A stretch of DNA of 64,000 nt from Fidelibacterota bacterium (GCA_046861385.1 JBHHTW010000008.1:1-64000); one strand, 5' to 3'; counted from the first letter of the stretch, positions 29,813 to 39,822 are shown. Program-made: numbers and translations. Notes: a model not told the origin generated them from the letters alone.

Positions 29813-31441
29813 TTAATTGGAAATCCACGATAAGATGAGATAAATACCGATGGTAATACTCATTATAGCAATGGAGACTTTTTTTGCTTGGGGCCATGGT
29901 GTTATATCCACGGGCGCAGGAACTCTCTCATCACTGATAGCGATTTCTTCAGCGGATTTGGGTTTAAAATATCCAATGATCAACATTACCATCACCGATG
30001 CAATAAAACTGATAAAATAGCCGTGCAGCCAGTGCAGATCTCCATCAGTGTTGGCAAAAAATGTTGGAACGTCTTTTATATTAACAAAAGTGAAAAATGA
30101 ATAAAATCCAATTCCTACAACCATTCCAACCTTTGCGGCAATGGCCGGTACATGCTTGGTTGAAATACCCAAAAGAAAGATGCCGATTATGGGTACACTG
30201 TAGAGTCCATTTACTTTTTGCAGGTATTCGAAAATTGACTGCATTTGATTCAGCAAGGGTGCTATGAAAATAGAAGCGATTGCCAGTCCAATGCCAAATT
30301 TTTTCCCGATAGAAACTATTTTCTCTCCGCTGGCAGCGTGATTGATGTAACCCTTATAGAACTGGAGGGAAAAAAGTGTGGAAGCGCTGTTTAAAGCGGA
30401 ATTAAATGAACTCAGAATTGCCCCCATCAAAATAGCTGCGAATAAGCCAAGAGACCAATCCGGCAATACGTGTCGGACAATCGCTCCATACACTTGATCC
30501 GGTTTTTCAATCGCCAGATCAGTCATGTGAAGTGCAATAATTCCGGGAAGGCACAGCATGATCGGGCCTACCAATTTCATCGCCGATGCAAACAGGACGC
30601 CTTTTTGTCCTTCAGCCAAACTTTTAGCTGCCATCGCCCGCTGTACAATCACCTGATTAGTGGACCAGTAAAATACCTGAATAAACATCATTCCCGTAAA
30701 CAACGTAGGCCAGGGTACGGATACAACCTTACTATCGACATTAGTTTGAGCGAAAACAGAAAGATATTCGGGATTTGTATTTATCAATCTTGCAATCCCA
30801 CTAAAAAAAGAACCATCTCCAAGGGCAATCAAGGCTAACAATGGGATTGTCAAACCACCGATCAATAATCCGATTCCATTTATCGTATCACTGACGGCTA
30901 CGGATTTTAATCCGCCAAAAATCGCATATGAGCTACCCAAAATTCCGATGGTGGCCACCACAAACCATAACGGCAGGTTGAGATCAAACATTCCGATCAA
31001 TGCCAAAGAACCGGTATAAAGCACAACAGGTAACAGTACGGTAACATAACCAAATAGGAAAAGACCTGATACCCAGGAACGAGTCGTTTTATCAAAACGC
31101 TTTTCCAGAAACGCTGGAGTGGTAGTAAATCCACTGGCGAGATACTTCGGTAAAAAGACTAAAGCTGTGGCAATCATGGCGAAGGCAGCCAGTGCTTCCC
31201 AGGCGATACCCACCAGAGCTTTATCTCCAAAAATAGCGCCGTTTAATCCAACTAATTGTTCTGTTGAGAGATTGGTCAGCAACAGTGATCCGGCAACAAC
31301 CGGCCAAGCCAATGCGCGTCCACCAGTAAAATATTCCTCTGTGGCATTATCCGATTTTTTCATCCGATGAACAATTCGATAAGTTAGAACAGCAACGGAG
31401 CCGGTTGCCAATATGAATGAAATAATTGAAATCGTATTCAT
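29813..31441 (-). CDS. Sodium:solute symporter (SLC5, YidK-like sugar transporter)
   Basis: YFTGGRAL, SLLLTNLSTEQLVG, GGLKSVAVSD, YWSTNQVIVQR; many TM helices. Confidence 0.88.
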   Translation of the reverse strand: MNTISIISFILATGSVAVLTYRIVHRMKKSDNATEEYFTGGRALAWPVVAGSLLLTNLSTEQLVGLNGAIFGDKALVGIAWEALAAFAMIATALVFLPKYLASGFTTTPAFLEKRFDKTTRSWVSGLFLFGYVTVLLPVVLYTGSLALIGMFDLNLPLWFVVATIGILGSSYAIFGGLKSVAVSDTINGIGLLIGGLTIPLLALIALGDGSFFSGIARLINTNPEYLSVFAQTNVDSKVVSVPWPTLFTGMMFIQVFYWSTNQVIVQRAMAAKSLAEGQKGVLFASAMKLVGPIMLCLPGIIALHMTDLAIEKPDQVYGAIVRHVLPDWSLGLFAAILMGAILSSFNSALNSASTLFSLQFYKGYINHAASGEKIVSIGKKFGIGLAIASIFIAPLLNQMQSIFEYLQKVNGLYSVPIIGIFLLGISTKHVPAIAAKVGMVVGIGFYSFFTFVNIKDVPTFFANTDGDLHWLHGYFISFIASVMVMLIIGYFKPKSAEEIAISDERVPAPVDITPWPQAKKVSIAIMSITIGIYLILSWISN

Positions 31442-31479
31442 TAAATCCTTATATGCCTAATTGAAGATGAGATGTTGCT

Positions 31480-31497
31480 TTGTGAATATATTCACCT
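31480..31497. promoter_or_regulatory. Rex-like (or CRP/FNR-like) operator
   Basis: TTGTGAA-TATA-TTCACCT versus Rex consensus TTGTGAA-N4-TTCACAA. It overlaps the -10 of a minus-strand TTGACT-N18-TATATT promoter (31485-31514). Confidence 0.55.
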
Positions 31498-31607
31498 ATA
31501 GGTCGCATAGTCAAGAATGGGAACCTCAGATGTTTGTTGTATTTTCTATATAGTTAATTGGAAAGTATTGATCATAAAAGACGTACCTAGGTAATAATAG
31601 TTTGAGG

Positions 31608-31631
31608 TAGTAACTTATATGTGAGTTACTA
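31608..31631. promoter_or_regulatory. Palindromic operator copy 1 (candidate TrmB site)
   Basis: TAGTAACT-TATATGTG-AGTTACTA, 31 bp upstream of the gap pair. Confidence 0.7.
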
Positions 31632-31662
31632 AATTATTTCTTACTTAAATTATAGTAAAGAT

Positions 31663-32676
31663 ATGGCAGAAAAAATTAATATTGGTATCATTGGATTTGG
31701 AAGAATCGGGCGCAACCTATTGCGTTTGGGTTATGATGATCCTCATTTGAATTTCGTTGGTGTCAGCGATTTGGCTGATCCGGAAGCATTATTTTATTTA
31801 TTACATCACGATTCCGTTTATGGTCCTGTGAACACGGAAGCCTATCTGGAAGACCATTATATCCACTTTGGGAATCAATCGGTGCGTGTATTACCCGGCT
31901 CCGGTCAATTGCCATGGGATGCTCTCGGGGCTGATATTATTATTGATTGTACCGGTCTTATTTCCCCAAGAGTAAAATTAGAAAAATATCTTGAAGCAGG
32001 CGCGCGGCGTATTATTGTTACCACTCCTCCTAAAGACCCCGTAGACAGAATTATTGTAATGGGATTAAATGATAAGGAAATTTCTTTAGATGATAAAATT
32101 GTTTCCCCTTCTTCATCCACTACTCAAGTTTTGGCTCTTATGCTCAACCTTTTAGATAAAGAATACGGCCTTGTAAAGGCCATGATGACCACGATACATT
32201 CGTACACTGCCGATCAGCCCTTGGCCGATAGCGTGCGGTCCGACTTGAGACGCAGCCGATCTGCAGTAGAAAATATAATACCCAACCAAACACCTTCACC
32301 GAAATTAGTGGAGTCTGTATTACCTCAATTGAAAGGGAAAATTGAAGGGATTGCATTTAACGTACCTATCCCTGACGGATCCTGCATAGATCTCACCACA
32401 GAATTAAAAGAGCTCCCTACCGTGGATGCTTTGAATGCTAAAATGAAGGAAATCTCCGAAGGTCCTCTGAAAAATATTATTGGTTATACGGATGATCCGA
32501 TTGTTTCCAGCGATGTAGTCGGTGACAGTCATTCCATGGTTTTTGATGCCAGGGCTACCATGATAGCCGCAGGTAAACTGATTAAAACAATTAGCTGGTA
32601 TGATGACGGATATGGATATTCTCAGCGCATTCTGGAATTGGTAAAAGCATATGGTCATTTGGAGGCAAAATCGTGA
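31663..32676 (+). CDS. Type I GAPDH-like protein lacking the catalytic cysteine
   Basis: GFGRIGR, HDSVYG, TIHSYTADQ, NIIP and WYDDGYGYS are present, but the active site reads SPSSSTTQVL instead of SNASCTTNCL. Confidence 0.85.
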   Translation: MAEKINIGIIGFGRIGRNLLRLGYDDPHLNFVGVSDLADPEALFYLLHHDSVYGPVNTEAYLEDHYIHFGNQSVRVLPGSGQLPWDALGADIIIDCTGLISPRVKLEKYLEAGARRIIVTTPPKDPVDRIIVMGLNDKEISLDDKIVSPSSSTTQVLALMLNLLDKEYGLVKAMMTTIHSYTADQPLADSVRSDLRRSRSAVENIIPNQTPSPKLVESVLPQLKGKIEGIAFNVPIPDGSCIDLTTELKELPTVDALNAKMKEISEGPLKNIIGYTDDPIVSSDVVGDSHSMVFDARATMIAAGKLIKTISWYDDGYGYSQRILELVKAYGHLEAKS

Positions 32677-33674
32677 AAGTCGCTATTAATGGGTTTGGTC
32701 GGATTGGAAGATCTGTTTTCAGGATATTAAACAAGCAAAGCAAAATTGATGTTGTGGCAATTAATGATCTGGCAGACAATAATGCGCTTGCTTATTTATT
32801 AAAATACGATACAGTTATGGGGCGTTTAAAAGATTCTGTTGTTGTGACAGACAATGTACTAAAAACATCAAATCATGAAATCCAAATGTTATCAGAGCCA
32901 AATCCCGATAAGTTACCTTGGAAAAATATTGGTGTTGATGTTGTTGTTGAAGCAACCGGTATTTTTCGATTAAAAAATCAACTCCAGGCACATATTAACG
33001 CTGGGGCATCAAGAGTAATATTAACTGTACCGTCTAAAGATGAAATAGATTATACTGTAGTGATTGGCGTTAATGAAGACGGATTGACTCCGGAACATAA
33101 AATTGTATCAAATGCATCTTGCACCACCAATTGCTTGGCGCCCATGGCAAAAATTTTAAATGATGCGTTTGGAATCGAATACGGCGTGATTAACACCATT
33201 CATGCTTATACAAACGATCAACGCTTAGCAGACGTTCCTCACTCTGACTGGCGGCGCAGCCGAGCTGCCGCAGAAAATATTATTCCAACAACGACCGGTG
33301 CGGCAAAGGCCGTGGGGAAGGTACTCCCTGAACTCGATGGTAAATTGGACGGAATCGCCATGCGCGTTCCTGTGCCCGATGGATCAATCGTAGATTTAAA
33401 CACGGAATTGAAAACCAATGTGACGGCGGTTGATGTACGCCAAGCAGTAAAAGAAGCTGCTTCCACAAGTAGATTAACTCCGATTTTGGAATATGAGGAG
33501 ACACCGATAGTATCTACGGACATTATCGGAAACCCTCATTCGTCCATTTTTGATGCTCCTTTTACAACTGTAATCGATAAACGATTTGTAAAAACACTCA
33601 ATTGGTATGATAATGAGTGGGGTTACTCAAACAGGGTAGTAGATTTAATAAATATATTCTTTCAACAGGTGTAG
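32673..33674 (+). CDS. gap: Type I glyceraldehyde-3-phosphate dehydrogenase
   Basis: INGFGRIGR, SNASCTTNCLAP, IHAYTNDQ, NIIPTTTGAAKA, RVPV, WYDNEWGYS. GTG start overlaps the upstream stop. Confidence 0.95.
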   Translation: MKVAINGFGRIGRSVFRILNKQSKIDVVAINDLADNNALAYLLKYDTVMGRLKDSVVVTDNVLKTSNHEIQMLSEPNPDKLPWKNIGVDVVVEATGIFRLKNQLQAHINAGASRVILTVPSKDEIDYTVVIGVNEDGLTPEHKIVSNASCTTNCLAPMAKILNDAFGIEYGVINTIHAYTNDQRLADVPHSDWRRSRAAAENIIPTTTGAAKAVGKVLPELDGKLDGIAMRVPVPDGSIVDLNTELKTNVTAVDVRQAVKEAASTSRLTPILEYEETPIVSTDIIGNPHSSIFDAPFTTVIDKRFVKTLNWYDNEWGYSNRVVDLINIFFQQV

Positions 33675-33675
33675 C

Positions 33676-33864
33676 ATGATTGACACAACTGAAGCAAAAA
33701 AAATATATCAAATTGGTGATCGGGTCTTGATTGATCAACAGGAATGGGTCATTGCCGATGATCTTAATGGTAATGTACTGCTCTATCGCGACAGCGTAGA
33801 CGGACGCAGTCGCACCATGAAATATCCCAAACGAGACCTGCCTGATAAAAGTGAATTTCCTTAA
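33676..33864 (+). CDS. Small hypothetical protein (62 aa, possibly SH3/KOW-like)
   Basis: ATG 1 bp after the gap stop; YQIGDRVLI..WVI beta-rich pattern. Confidence 0.6.
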   Translation: MIDTTEAKKIYQIGDRVLIDQQEWVIADDLNGNVLLYRDSVDGRSRTMKYPKRDLPDKSEFP

Positions 33865-33951
33865 TTATTTTAAGCAAATAATACTTTAAAGCATCACTTT
33901 ATTACCAATAATGAACTCGGATAGGCCCGTGACATTATTAGGATTTCTCAC

Positions 33952-36303
33952 CTATTTGATTATTCTTCTGGCAAATAAGGAACTATATGGTTTCAGAATG
34001 GCCGAATCCATATATACTTTACTTTTTGGTTGTGTTGAATACACAAATTCGTACTCATACCTTGGATCCAGTTCTACATTTAATTCTTGAGGCCCTTGGT
34101 TGATTACTACAATTATTTCTTCATTAAAATATTTTTTTAACATTACCATAATCGGTCCATCTGCTAATAGGATTTGTATATCCCCAAGAGACAGGGCAGA
34201 ATAATTTCGACGCAATTGATTCAAATTACTTATGATTTCTTTGTGCATTATTTCGTCTAAATCCAATTTATCACCAAAACGCATCATCCTTCGATTATCG
34301 GGATCTCCGGCACCCATCATTCCTATTTCTTCTCCATAATATATAACAGGTATACCTGGCAGGCTGATATTCAACGCATGAAAATTCTGTAGTTTTCTAT
34401 AACTGGATTTCATTTTTACTTCTGTCGGAGAATTGAAAAAAGACCGTTCAGTTCCATTATCGCTAAATTCCATTTGACCATCAGCAAAGGCGATGAAACG
34501 CACTTGGTCGTGACTGGAAGTAATGTTTCCCATGAGGTGAATTGGATCAAATGCAATTAGATTATTTTCAATAACATCAGTTAAAAGAGAAAAATCTGCT
34601 TTTTGACTACTGAACTGCCAGCGTGCATTAAAATAAATACTGAAATTAAACTGGGCATCCAGTTCGCCTGGATTAACATAACTGCGAATCAATTGATCTG
34701 AACCAAACGTTTCACCAATTTGATAATACGATTTATTATTTTCCAATTGATGGATTTTTGATGTTAATTCTCTCCAAAAAGTATGGGGAACATGCTTTAC
34801 AGCATCTTGCCGAAACCCATCTAAGTTATACGTTTCCAGCCACCAGATTGCATCATTTGTTACTTCCTCAATGGCTTCGGGATTTGATAGATAATCAAAC
34901 GACGGTAAAAATATGTCAAACCATGTTGTCAATCGTGTTTCTTCGCTCCAATTACGAATATTTTTTCCTCCATCAGGTAGATTAACATTTCCAAACCATT
35001 CCCTGTTTTCTCTAACAAAAGGATGTTCTTTATGAACATGGTTGGAAACAAAATCCAAAATGACTTTCATATCCTGCTCATGAGCCTCATTTACAATCTG
35101 TAATAAATCTTCATCTACACCGAATCTAGGATCAATCGATCGCCTTGAAATTGGCCAGTACCCGTGATAACCAGACACATAGCGATTGGGTTCTGTAAAT
35201 TCCATGAATGCACTATCCGGCTGCTGCTGAAGAGGGGAAATCCATAGAGCCGTTATATTCAAATCTCGAAAATACCCATTGATCAATTTTTCTTTTACCC
35301 CCGATAAATCACCCCCTTTAAAATTAAACGCCGGTTCTAAATTAACATGATCAATGGATATATTATTCTTGGTCTCATTATCAAAAAAGCGATCCACCAT
35401 TAAACTGTATAATACAGAGAAATACCAGGAATCATGATGGTTTGCAGTGTTTAATGCTTTTTTATCTATTATTTCAGTATGATTTTCCAGCAGGACTCTA
35501 TCCTTATCATCGACTGCAACAATACGCAATCGTCCATTCCGCAGCCCCCTTTTATGGACAATTATTCTATTTAAGTCTAAATCATAAACGTCCGGATGCA
35601 GTCGTTCATTATCCATAGAAATAATGATATCCCGCATAGCAGCGCCGCCTTTTGGCGGTTCATAAACGAACGTCAGTCTATCATCAAATTCTTTTTCTTT
35701 AAAAATTTTTCCTGGAGGTTGTGTTTTCCAGCCAGATAAATCCAAGATAGAATTCCATCCGCCAATATTATTGGAAACAAATACAGGATTGTCCGGATCA
35801 ATCAGTTCTTCACCGTTTACTACAAATTTATATTCATGTTTCTTTGGTCCTAAAAAGACTGTTTTTTCAAAAATACCATCTCCATCTATATCCTCCATTT
35901 TCAACTGACTACGAGACCAGTCGTTAAAACTTCCCATAACCACAACAAGACTATCATCTTCATCCGTTTGATAAGTAAATGTATGAATAACCATTTGTTT
36001 TAATCGAACCATTAAATATTGTGTCTGACCATTTGCAGAAAATGGAATCATTGAAAAATTAGGTGTTTTATCAGTTGCTGAAATAATTAATGTATCCGAT
36101 CTTGAATCAAATATTAAATCCACAAAAGGTTGTTTCGAAAAATGAATTTTTGTAGTCGGGACTTTTTTATACAAACCCATGTCCATTATGAGTGGTTCCC
36201 CCGGATGCAACTGTTGAGTGGGAATAAAATATATGGCGTTTTCATTATTTTCGGAACAACCTGCTAGGAATAATCCAAACATTAAAATAAGTTTTTTCAT
36301 CAT
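33952..36303 (-). CDS. GH13 alpha-amylase family lipoprotein with CBM48/AMPK-like module
   Basis: Lipobox FLAGC; VMGSFNDW..YKFVVNG; GYHGYWP, DGFRQDAVKH, GETF, SSHDQ. Confidence 0.88.
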   Translation of the reverse strand: MMKKLILMFGLFLAGCSENNENAIYFIPTQQLHPGEPLIMDMGLYKKVPTTKIHFSKQPFVDLIFDSRSDTLIISATDKTPNFSMIPFSANGQTQYLMVRLKQMVIHTFTYQTDEDDSLVVVMGSFNDWSRSQLKMEDIDGDGIFEKTVFLGPKKHEYKFVVNGEELIDPDNPVFVSNNIGGWNSILDLSGWKTQPPGKIFKEKEFDDRLTFVYEPPKGGAAMRDIIISMDNERLHPDVYDLDLNRIIVHKRGLRNGRLRIVAVDDKDRVLLENHTEIIDKKALNTANHHDSWYFSVLYSLMVDRFFDNETKNNISIDHVNLEPAFNFKGGDLSGVKEKLINGYFRDLNITALWISPLQQQPDSAFMEFTEPNRYVSGYHGYWPISRRSIDPRFGVDEDLLQIVNEAHEQDMKVILDFVSNHVHKEHPFVRENREWFGNVNLPDGGKNIRNWSEETRLTTWFDIFLPSFDYLSNPEAIEEVTNDAIWWLETYNLDGFRQDAVKHVPHTFWRELTSKIHQLENNKSYYQIGETFGSDQLIRSYVNPGELDAQFNFSIYFNARWQFSSQKADFSLLTDVIENNLIAFDPIHLMGNITSSHDQVRFIAFADGQMEFSDNGTERSFFNSPTEVKMKSSYRKLQNFHALNISLPGIPVIYYGEEIGMMGAGDPDNRRMMRFGDKLDLDEIMHKEIISNLNQLRRNYSALSLGDIQILLADGPIMVMLKKYFNEEIIVVINQGPQELNVELDPRYEYEFVYSTQPKSKVYMDSAILKPYSSLFARRIIK

Positions 36304-36326
36304 TGAATAGTTTGAAGTTTTTAAGT

Positions 36327-36350
36327 TAGTGACTCATTTATGAGATAATA
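36327..36350. promoter_or_regulatory. Palindromic operator copy 2 (candidate TrmB site)
   Basis: TAGTGACT-CATTTATG-AGATAATA in the 50-bp spacer between two divergent GH13 genes. Confidence 0.65.
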
Positions 36351-36353
36351 GAG

Positions 36354-38360
36354 ATGAAGAATTTACAATCAGCCATTATTCTCTGCACTTTGCTAATATT
36401 AATTTCGAGTACGGGCACATCGATGAATCATAAAACAGATCCACTGTCTTATGGTGCTTTTATATCAAATAATAGTACCACGTTTAAACTATATGCGCCA
36501 AAGTCAACCAAAGTTTATCTGGTGATTTTTGACTACCCTGAAGCTAAAACGGGAAAAGAATATGAAATGAAGAAAAATGATAATGGCGATTTTTCCGTTG
36601 AAGTAAAAGATGCCGGTGCGGGAACTTATTACGGATATCGATTGGAAGGTCCTTTGAATGATCCTGATATTATCATCGCCGATCCATATTCTAAAGCAGC
36701 TGTCACTCAGAATTCGATGCGACACGTGGCAAAATCGCTAATCATTGATGATTATTACGATTGGGGAGAGGATACCTGGATGGAATTGGATCAGCGGGAT
36801 GCAATCATTTATGAAATGCACATCCGGGATTTGACATCGCATATTACCTCCACAAGTGAACAAAAAGGAACCTATTTGGGCTTGGTGGAATCCGGACAAA
36901 ACAGCGGTATTGAGCATATTAAGTCCATGGGTGTTAATGCAGTACAAATTCTACCTGCTCAAGAATTTGCAAATGTTGAAGTGCCGTACATGGATAAGGA
37001 TGCCCCTGTTTATAACGATTGGAACCCATACGCGCGTAACCATTGGGGTTATATGACCACATTCTTTTTTGCTCCAGAATCGTATTATGCGACTGATGGG
37101 ACGGATGCTCCCGGCGCCTGGAACGGGTCCGACGGTAGAGCCGTGAGAGAATTTAAAGATATGGTTAAATCCTTCCACAACGAGGATATTGCCGTCATCA
37201 TGGATGTGGTATACAACCATGTGTCTAATTACGATTGGAACCCATTGAAATTTATCGATAAGAGTTCATATTTCAGATTAGATGAAAATGAAAATTACAT
37301 TGTGTTTAGCGGTTGCGGGAATGATACCCGAACAGAAAATTTCAAAATGCGTCAAATGATTCTGGAAAGTGTTAAATACTGGATGACAGAATATCACGTT
37401 GATGGTTTTCGCTTTGATTTGGGGAATCTGATTGATCCAGAAACCAGACAGCAGATTTTAAATGAATTAAAAGCCATAAATCCCAATGTCATTATTTTGG
37501 CAGAACCCTGGGGAAACGGATACGATCCAAATGGATTTTCTGATATGGGCTGGGCTTCATTCAATGACCAATTCAGGGATGGACTAAAAGGCAGCACATT
37601 TGATATTAATGACAAGGGTTTTCTCTTTGGTCAATTTCGAGGTAATGATGATCAAGAATTTCTACAGCGAATTGTGATGGGATCCCTTCGAGGATATGGA
37701 GGGCAATATATTGATCCTTCTCATAGTGTAAACTATCTGGAGAGCCATGATGATTATACATTTGGAGATCGTCTTCGAATCACTGGTGGTTTTGTGAAAC
37801 CGGACGAAAAGATAATTGATCTGGAAAATAATGCTCTCGTCAAAGGTGAACTATTGGCCATGAATAAACTGGGTGCATTGTTCCTGTTCACAAGCCAAGG
37901 AATGGCATTTATGCACGAAGGACAGGAATGGGCTCGCAGCAAGGTCATTGCTGAGACATCTGTTCCCGATGACCATGTTGGCAGAATTGATCACAATTCT
38001 TACGAAAAGGATAATGAAACTAATTGGCTCAACTGGAATGAGCGGGGAATGAACTCTGAACTGGTGGATTATTATAAAGGATTAATTGCATTTAGAAAAC
38101 AATACCCGGAATTTCGCCAATCAAATCCCGAAGATTTTGAATTTATTAATGTCAGTGAAAATGTAGCTGTAGCTTATATACTGAAAAATAAGTTTTTTGT
38201 CGCTTTGAATGGTGAGAAGTCAAATATTAATCTCGAATTACCTAAGGGAAAATGGACGGTGTTAGTGGATGATAATGAAGTATATTCAAAAAATAAAAAA
38301 ATGATGAGTGGAAATATTTCCATTCCCAAAACATCAGGAATTGTTTTATTGCGTCGCTAA
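36354..38360 (+). CDS. GH13 pullulanase/debranching enzyme with signal peptide
   Basis: ADPYSKA, IYEMHIRD, NHWGYMT, DVVYNH, SGCGN, DGFRFDLG, AEPW, ESHDD, HNSY. Confidence 0.88.
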   Translation: MKNLQSAIILCTLLILISSTGTSMNHKTDPLSYGAFISNNSTTFKLYAPKSTKVYLVIFDYPEAKTGKEYEMKKNDNGDFSVEVKDAGAGTYYGYRLEGPLNDPDIIIADPYSKAAVTQNSMRHVAKSLIIDDYYDWGEDTWMELDQRDAIIYEMHIRDLTSHITSTSEQKGTYLGLVESGQNSGIEHIKSMGVNAVQILPAQEFANVEVPYMDKDAPVYNDWNPYARNHWGYMTTFFFAPESYYATDGTDAPGAWNGSDGRAVREFKDMVKSFHNEDIAVIMDVVYNHVSNYDWNPLKFIDKSSYFRLDENENYIVFSGCGNDTRTENFKMRQMILESVKYWMTEYHVDGFRFDLGNLIDPETRQQILNELKAINPNVIILAEPWGNGYDPNGFSDMGWASFNDQFRDGLKGSTFDINDKGFLFGQFRGNDDQEFLQRIVMGSLRGYGGQYIDPSHSVNYLESHDDYTFGDRLRITGGFVKPDEKIIDLENNALVKGELLAMNKLGALFLFTSQGMAFMHEGQEWARSKVIAETSVPDDHVGRIDHNSYEKDNETNWLNWNERGMNSELVDYYKGLIAFRKQYPEFRQSNPEDFEFINVSENVAVAYILKNKFFVALNGEKSNINLELPKGKWTVLVDDNEVYSKNKKMMSGNISIPKTSGIVLLRR

Positions 38361-38460
38361 ATATTCCGTGCCCTGATCATCTTGATCCCGGGGATTATAA
38401 TTATCTTCAAGGTTCATCCAACAAAGATGATGGATGTAAATAGAAATCGGTATTGGAACA

Positions 38461-39663
38461 TCAACGACCATAGCCGCCATAACCTTTATCCGTTTTTTCC
38501 GGAACACCAAGTTTTGAATGCAGACCATCCTGGCCATGCAAGTTTTTTATCTTTCTGGCTTCTGTGTGCAGAAGGATTTCTTTCCATTTCAGTTTTATGA
38601 CTTCCGGTCGGAAATCGTCCAAGGCGATTCTGGCATGTTCGGCTTTGGTCCGTCGGTCATCGGGGTGTGAATCCCAAAACGTTTCAAGTGACTGCAAAAA
38701 ATTATCCACATCTTTATCAAAGTCCTGATCCACTTCATACATAAACACTGAATCCTGAACGCTTGCTGTAATTTCGCTGGGCCCGTCTATATTTTGAACG
38801 ATAGCAGGTACTCTTCTGTCCAATGTTTCGCACATGGTATAACCGAATGGTTCATAAATACCGGTGATGCTGTTGGCGCCTATACTGTTCCAGTAAAAAC
38901 GAGCTGTTTCTTTATTTGAACTAAAAGGAATAATGACGAGTTGTTTAGGATGTTTTCTACCCAATTCTTCCCAGAAGGGATTTCCTTGTTCTCCTCTGTA
39001 ATCTACACCCATATTAAAAACTCGAACGTCTTTGCGTTGAGATCTTTCTACAGCAAAAATGGAAAGATCGGGGCGTTTTCTGGGCACGTGTCTACCGATG
39101 TAGCCAATATCATTTAAATCATAATTAGGGCGCCAGGATTCATCATCAAGTTTTGGTTTATAACTATTATAAATAACATAGGGTACCGATTCATATTTGT
39201 CATAACCAAAAGAGATGTAATGTTGTTTTTCTGCCTTACTGATCAACACAACAATATCTGAATATTGAAACGTGATTTCCTGTTCAAAATATTGACCGGT
39301 TATTGGTCCGCCCATATTAGTGATATGTTCCATTTTTATCAGCGAATGGCAGACTGAAATCATCAATTTATCCGGATAGGTTTCTTTGATGGTGCGTGTG
39401 GTATCAAATGCAACCCAAAGGTTATTGATACAAGCATCCAGATCAGCAAAGGCATTCTTCACATCCTCCGGACCGTGAATGATTCGTATGCCTGGGTATC
39501 TCTCAGGGAAATCGGTCGGTGGTTCGTCTAACTGGGCTAAAAATACCGGAATAATTTCAATGTCTTCATCATTGTCAAACATGTCCATGAAATTCATAAT
39601 CCACGTAGCAACACCCCCGTAAACAATTGGCGGAATTTCATTCGTCAGTAAACCGACTTTCAT
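38461..39663 (-). CDS. GT4 family glycosyltransferase (GT-B)
   Basis: LLTNEIPPIVYGGVA, CHSL, YIGR..RK, IYEPFG..E. Confidence 0.8.
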   Translation of the reverse strand: MKVGLLTNEIPPIVYGGVATWIMNFMDMFDNDEDIEIIPVFLAQLDEPPTDFPERYPGIRIIHGPEDVKNAFADLDACINNLWVAFDTTRTIKETYPDKLMISVCHSLIKMEHITNMGGPITGQYFEQEITFQYSDIVVLISKAEKQHYISFGYDKYESVPYVIYNSYKPKLDDESWRPNYDLNDIGYIGRHVPRKRPDLSIFAVERSQRKDVRVFNMGVDYRGEQGNPFWEELGRKHPKQLVIIPFSSNKETARFYWNSIGANSITGIYEPFGYTMCETLDRRVPAIVQNIDGPSEITASVQDSVFMYEVDQDFDKDVDNFLQSLETFWDSHPDDRRTKAEHARIALDDFRPEVIKLKWKEILLHTEARKIKNLHGQDGLHSKLGVPEKTDKGYGGYGR

Positions 39664-39698
39664 AATATTTCTCTTCTAATAATTTCTAGTTTTATGTT

Positions 39699-39748
39699 GT
39701 AGAACAGACCTTCCTGTTTGTTCTACTGCAGACAAGAATGTCTGCAGT
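39699..39748. repeat. GTAG-type REP doublet (two adjacent hairpins)
   Basis: GTAGAACAGAC-CTTCCT-GTTTGTTCTAC followed by ACTGCAGACA-AGAA-TGTCTGCAGT. Confidence 0.6.
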
Positions 39749-39822
39749 TCGGTATTTTTCAACCAAGGATGCCAATAGCGATAGGCTAAATATCCTATTA
39801 TTTCCTATTGAGAAATCTCTCC

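Noticed and set aside
38407-38463. Selenocysteine read-through of the GT4 TGA (next codon TGT)
   Set aside because: The extension is only 17 codons to another TGA, lies outside the GT-B fold, and no convincing SECIS hairpin is seen. No in-frame TGA was noticed in the Se-linked cluster either, consistent with a labile Se cofactor.
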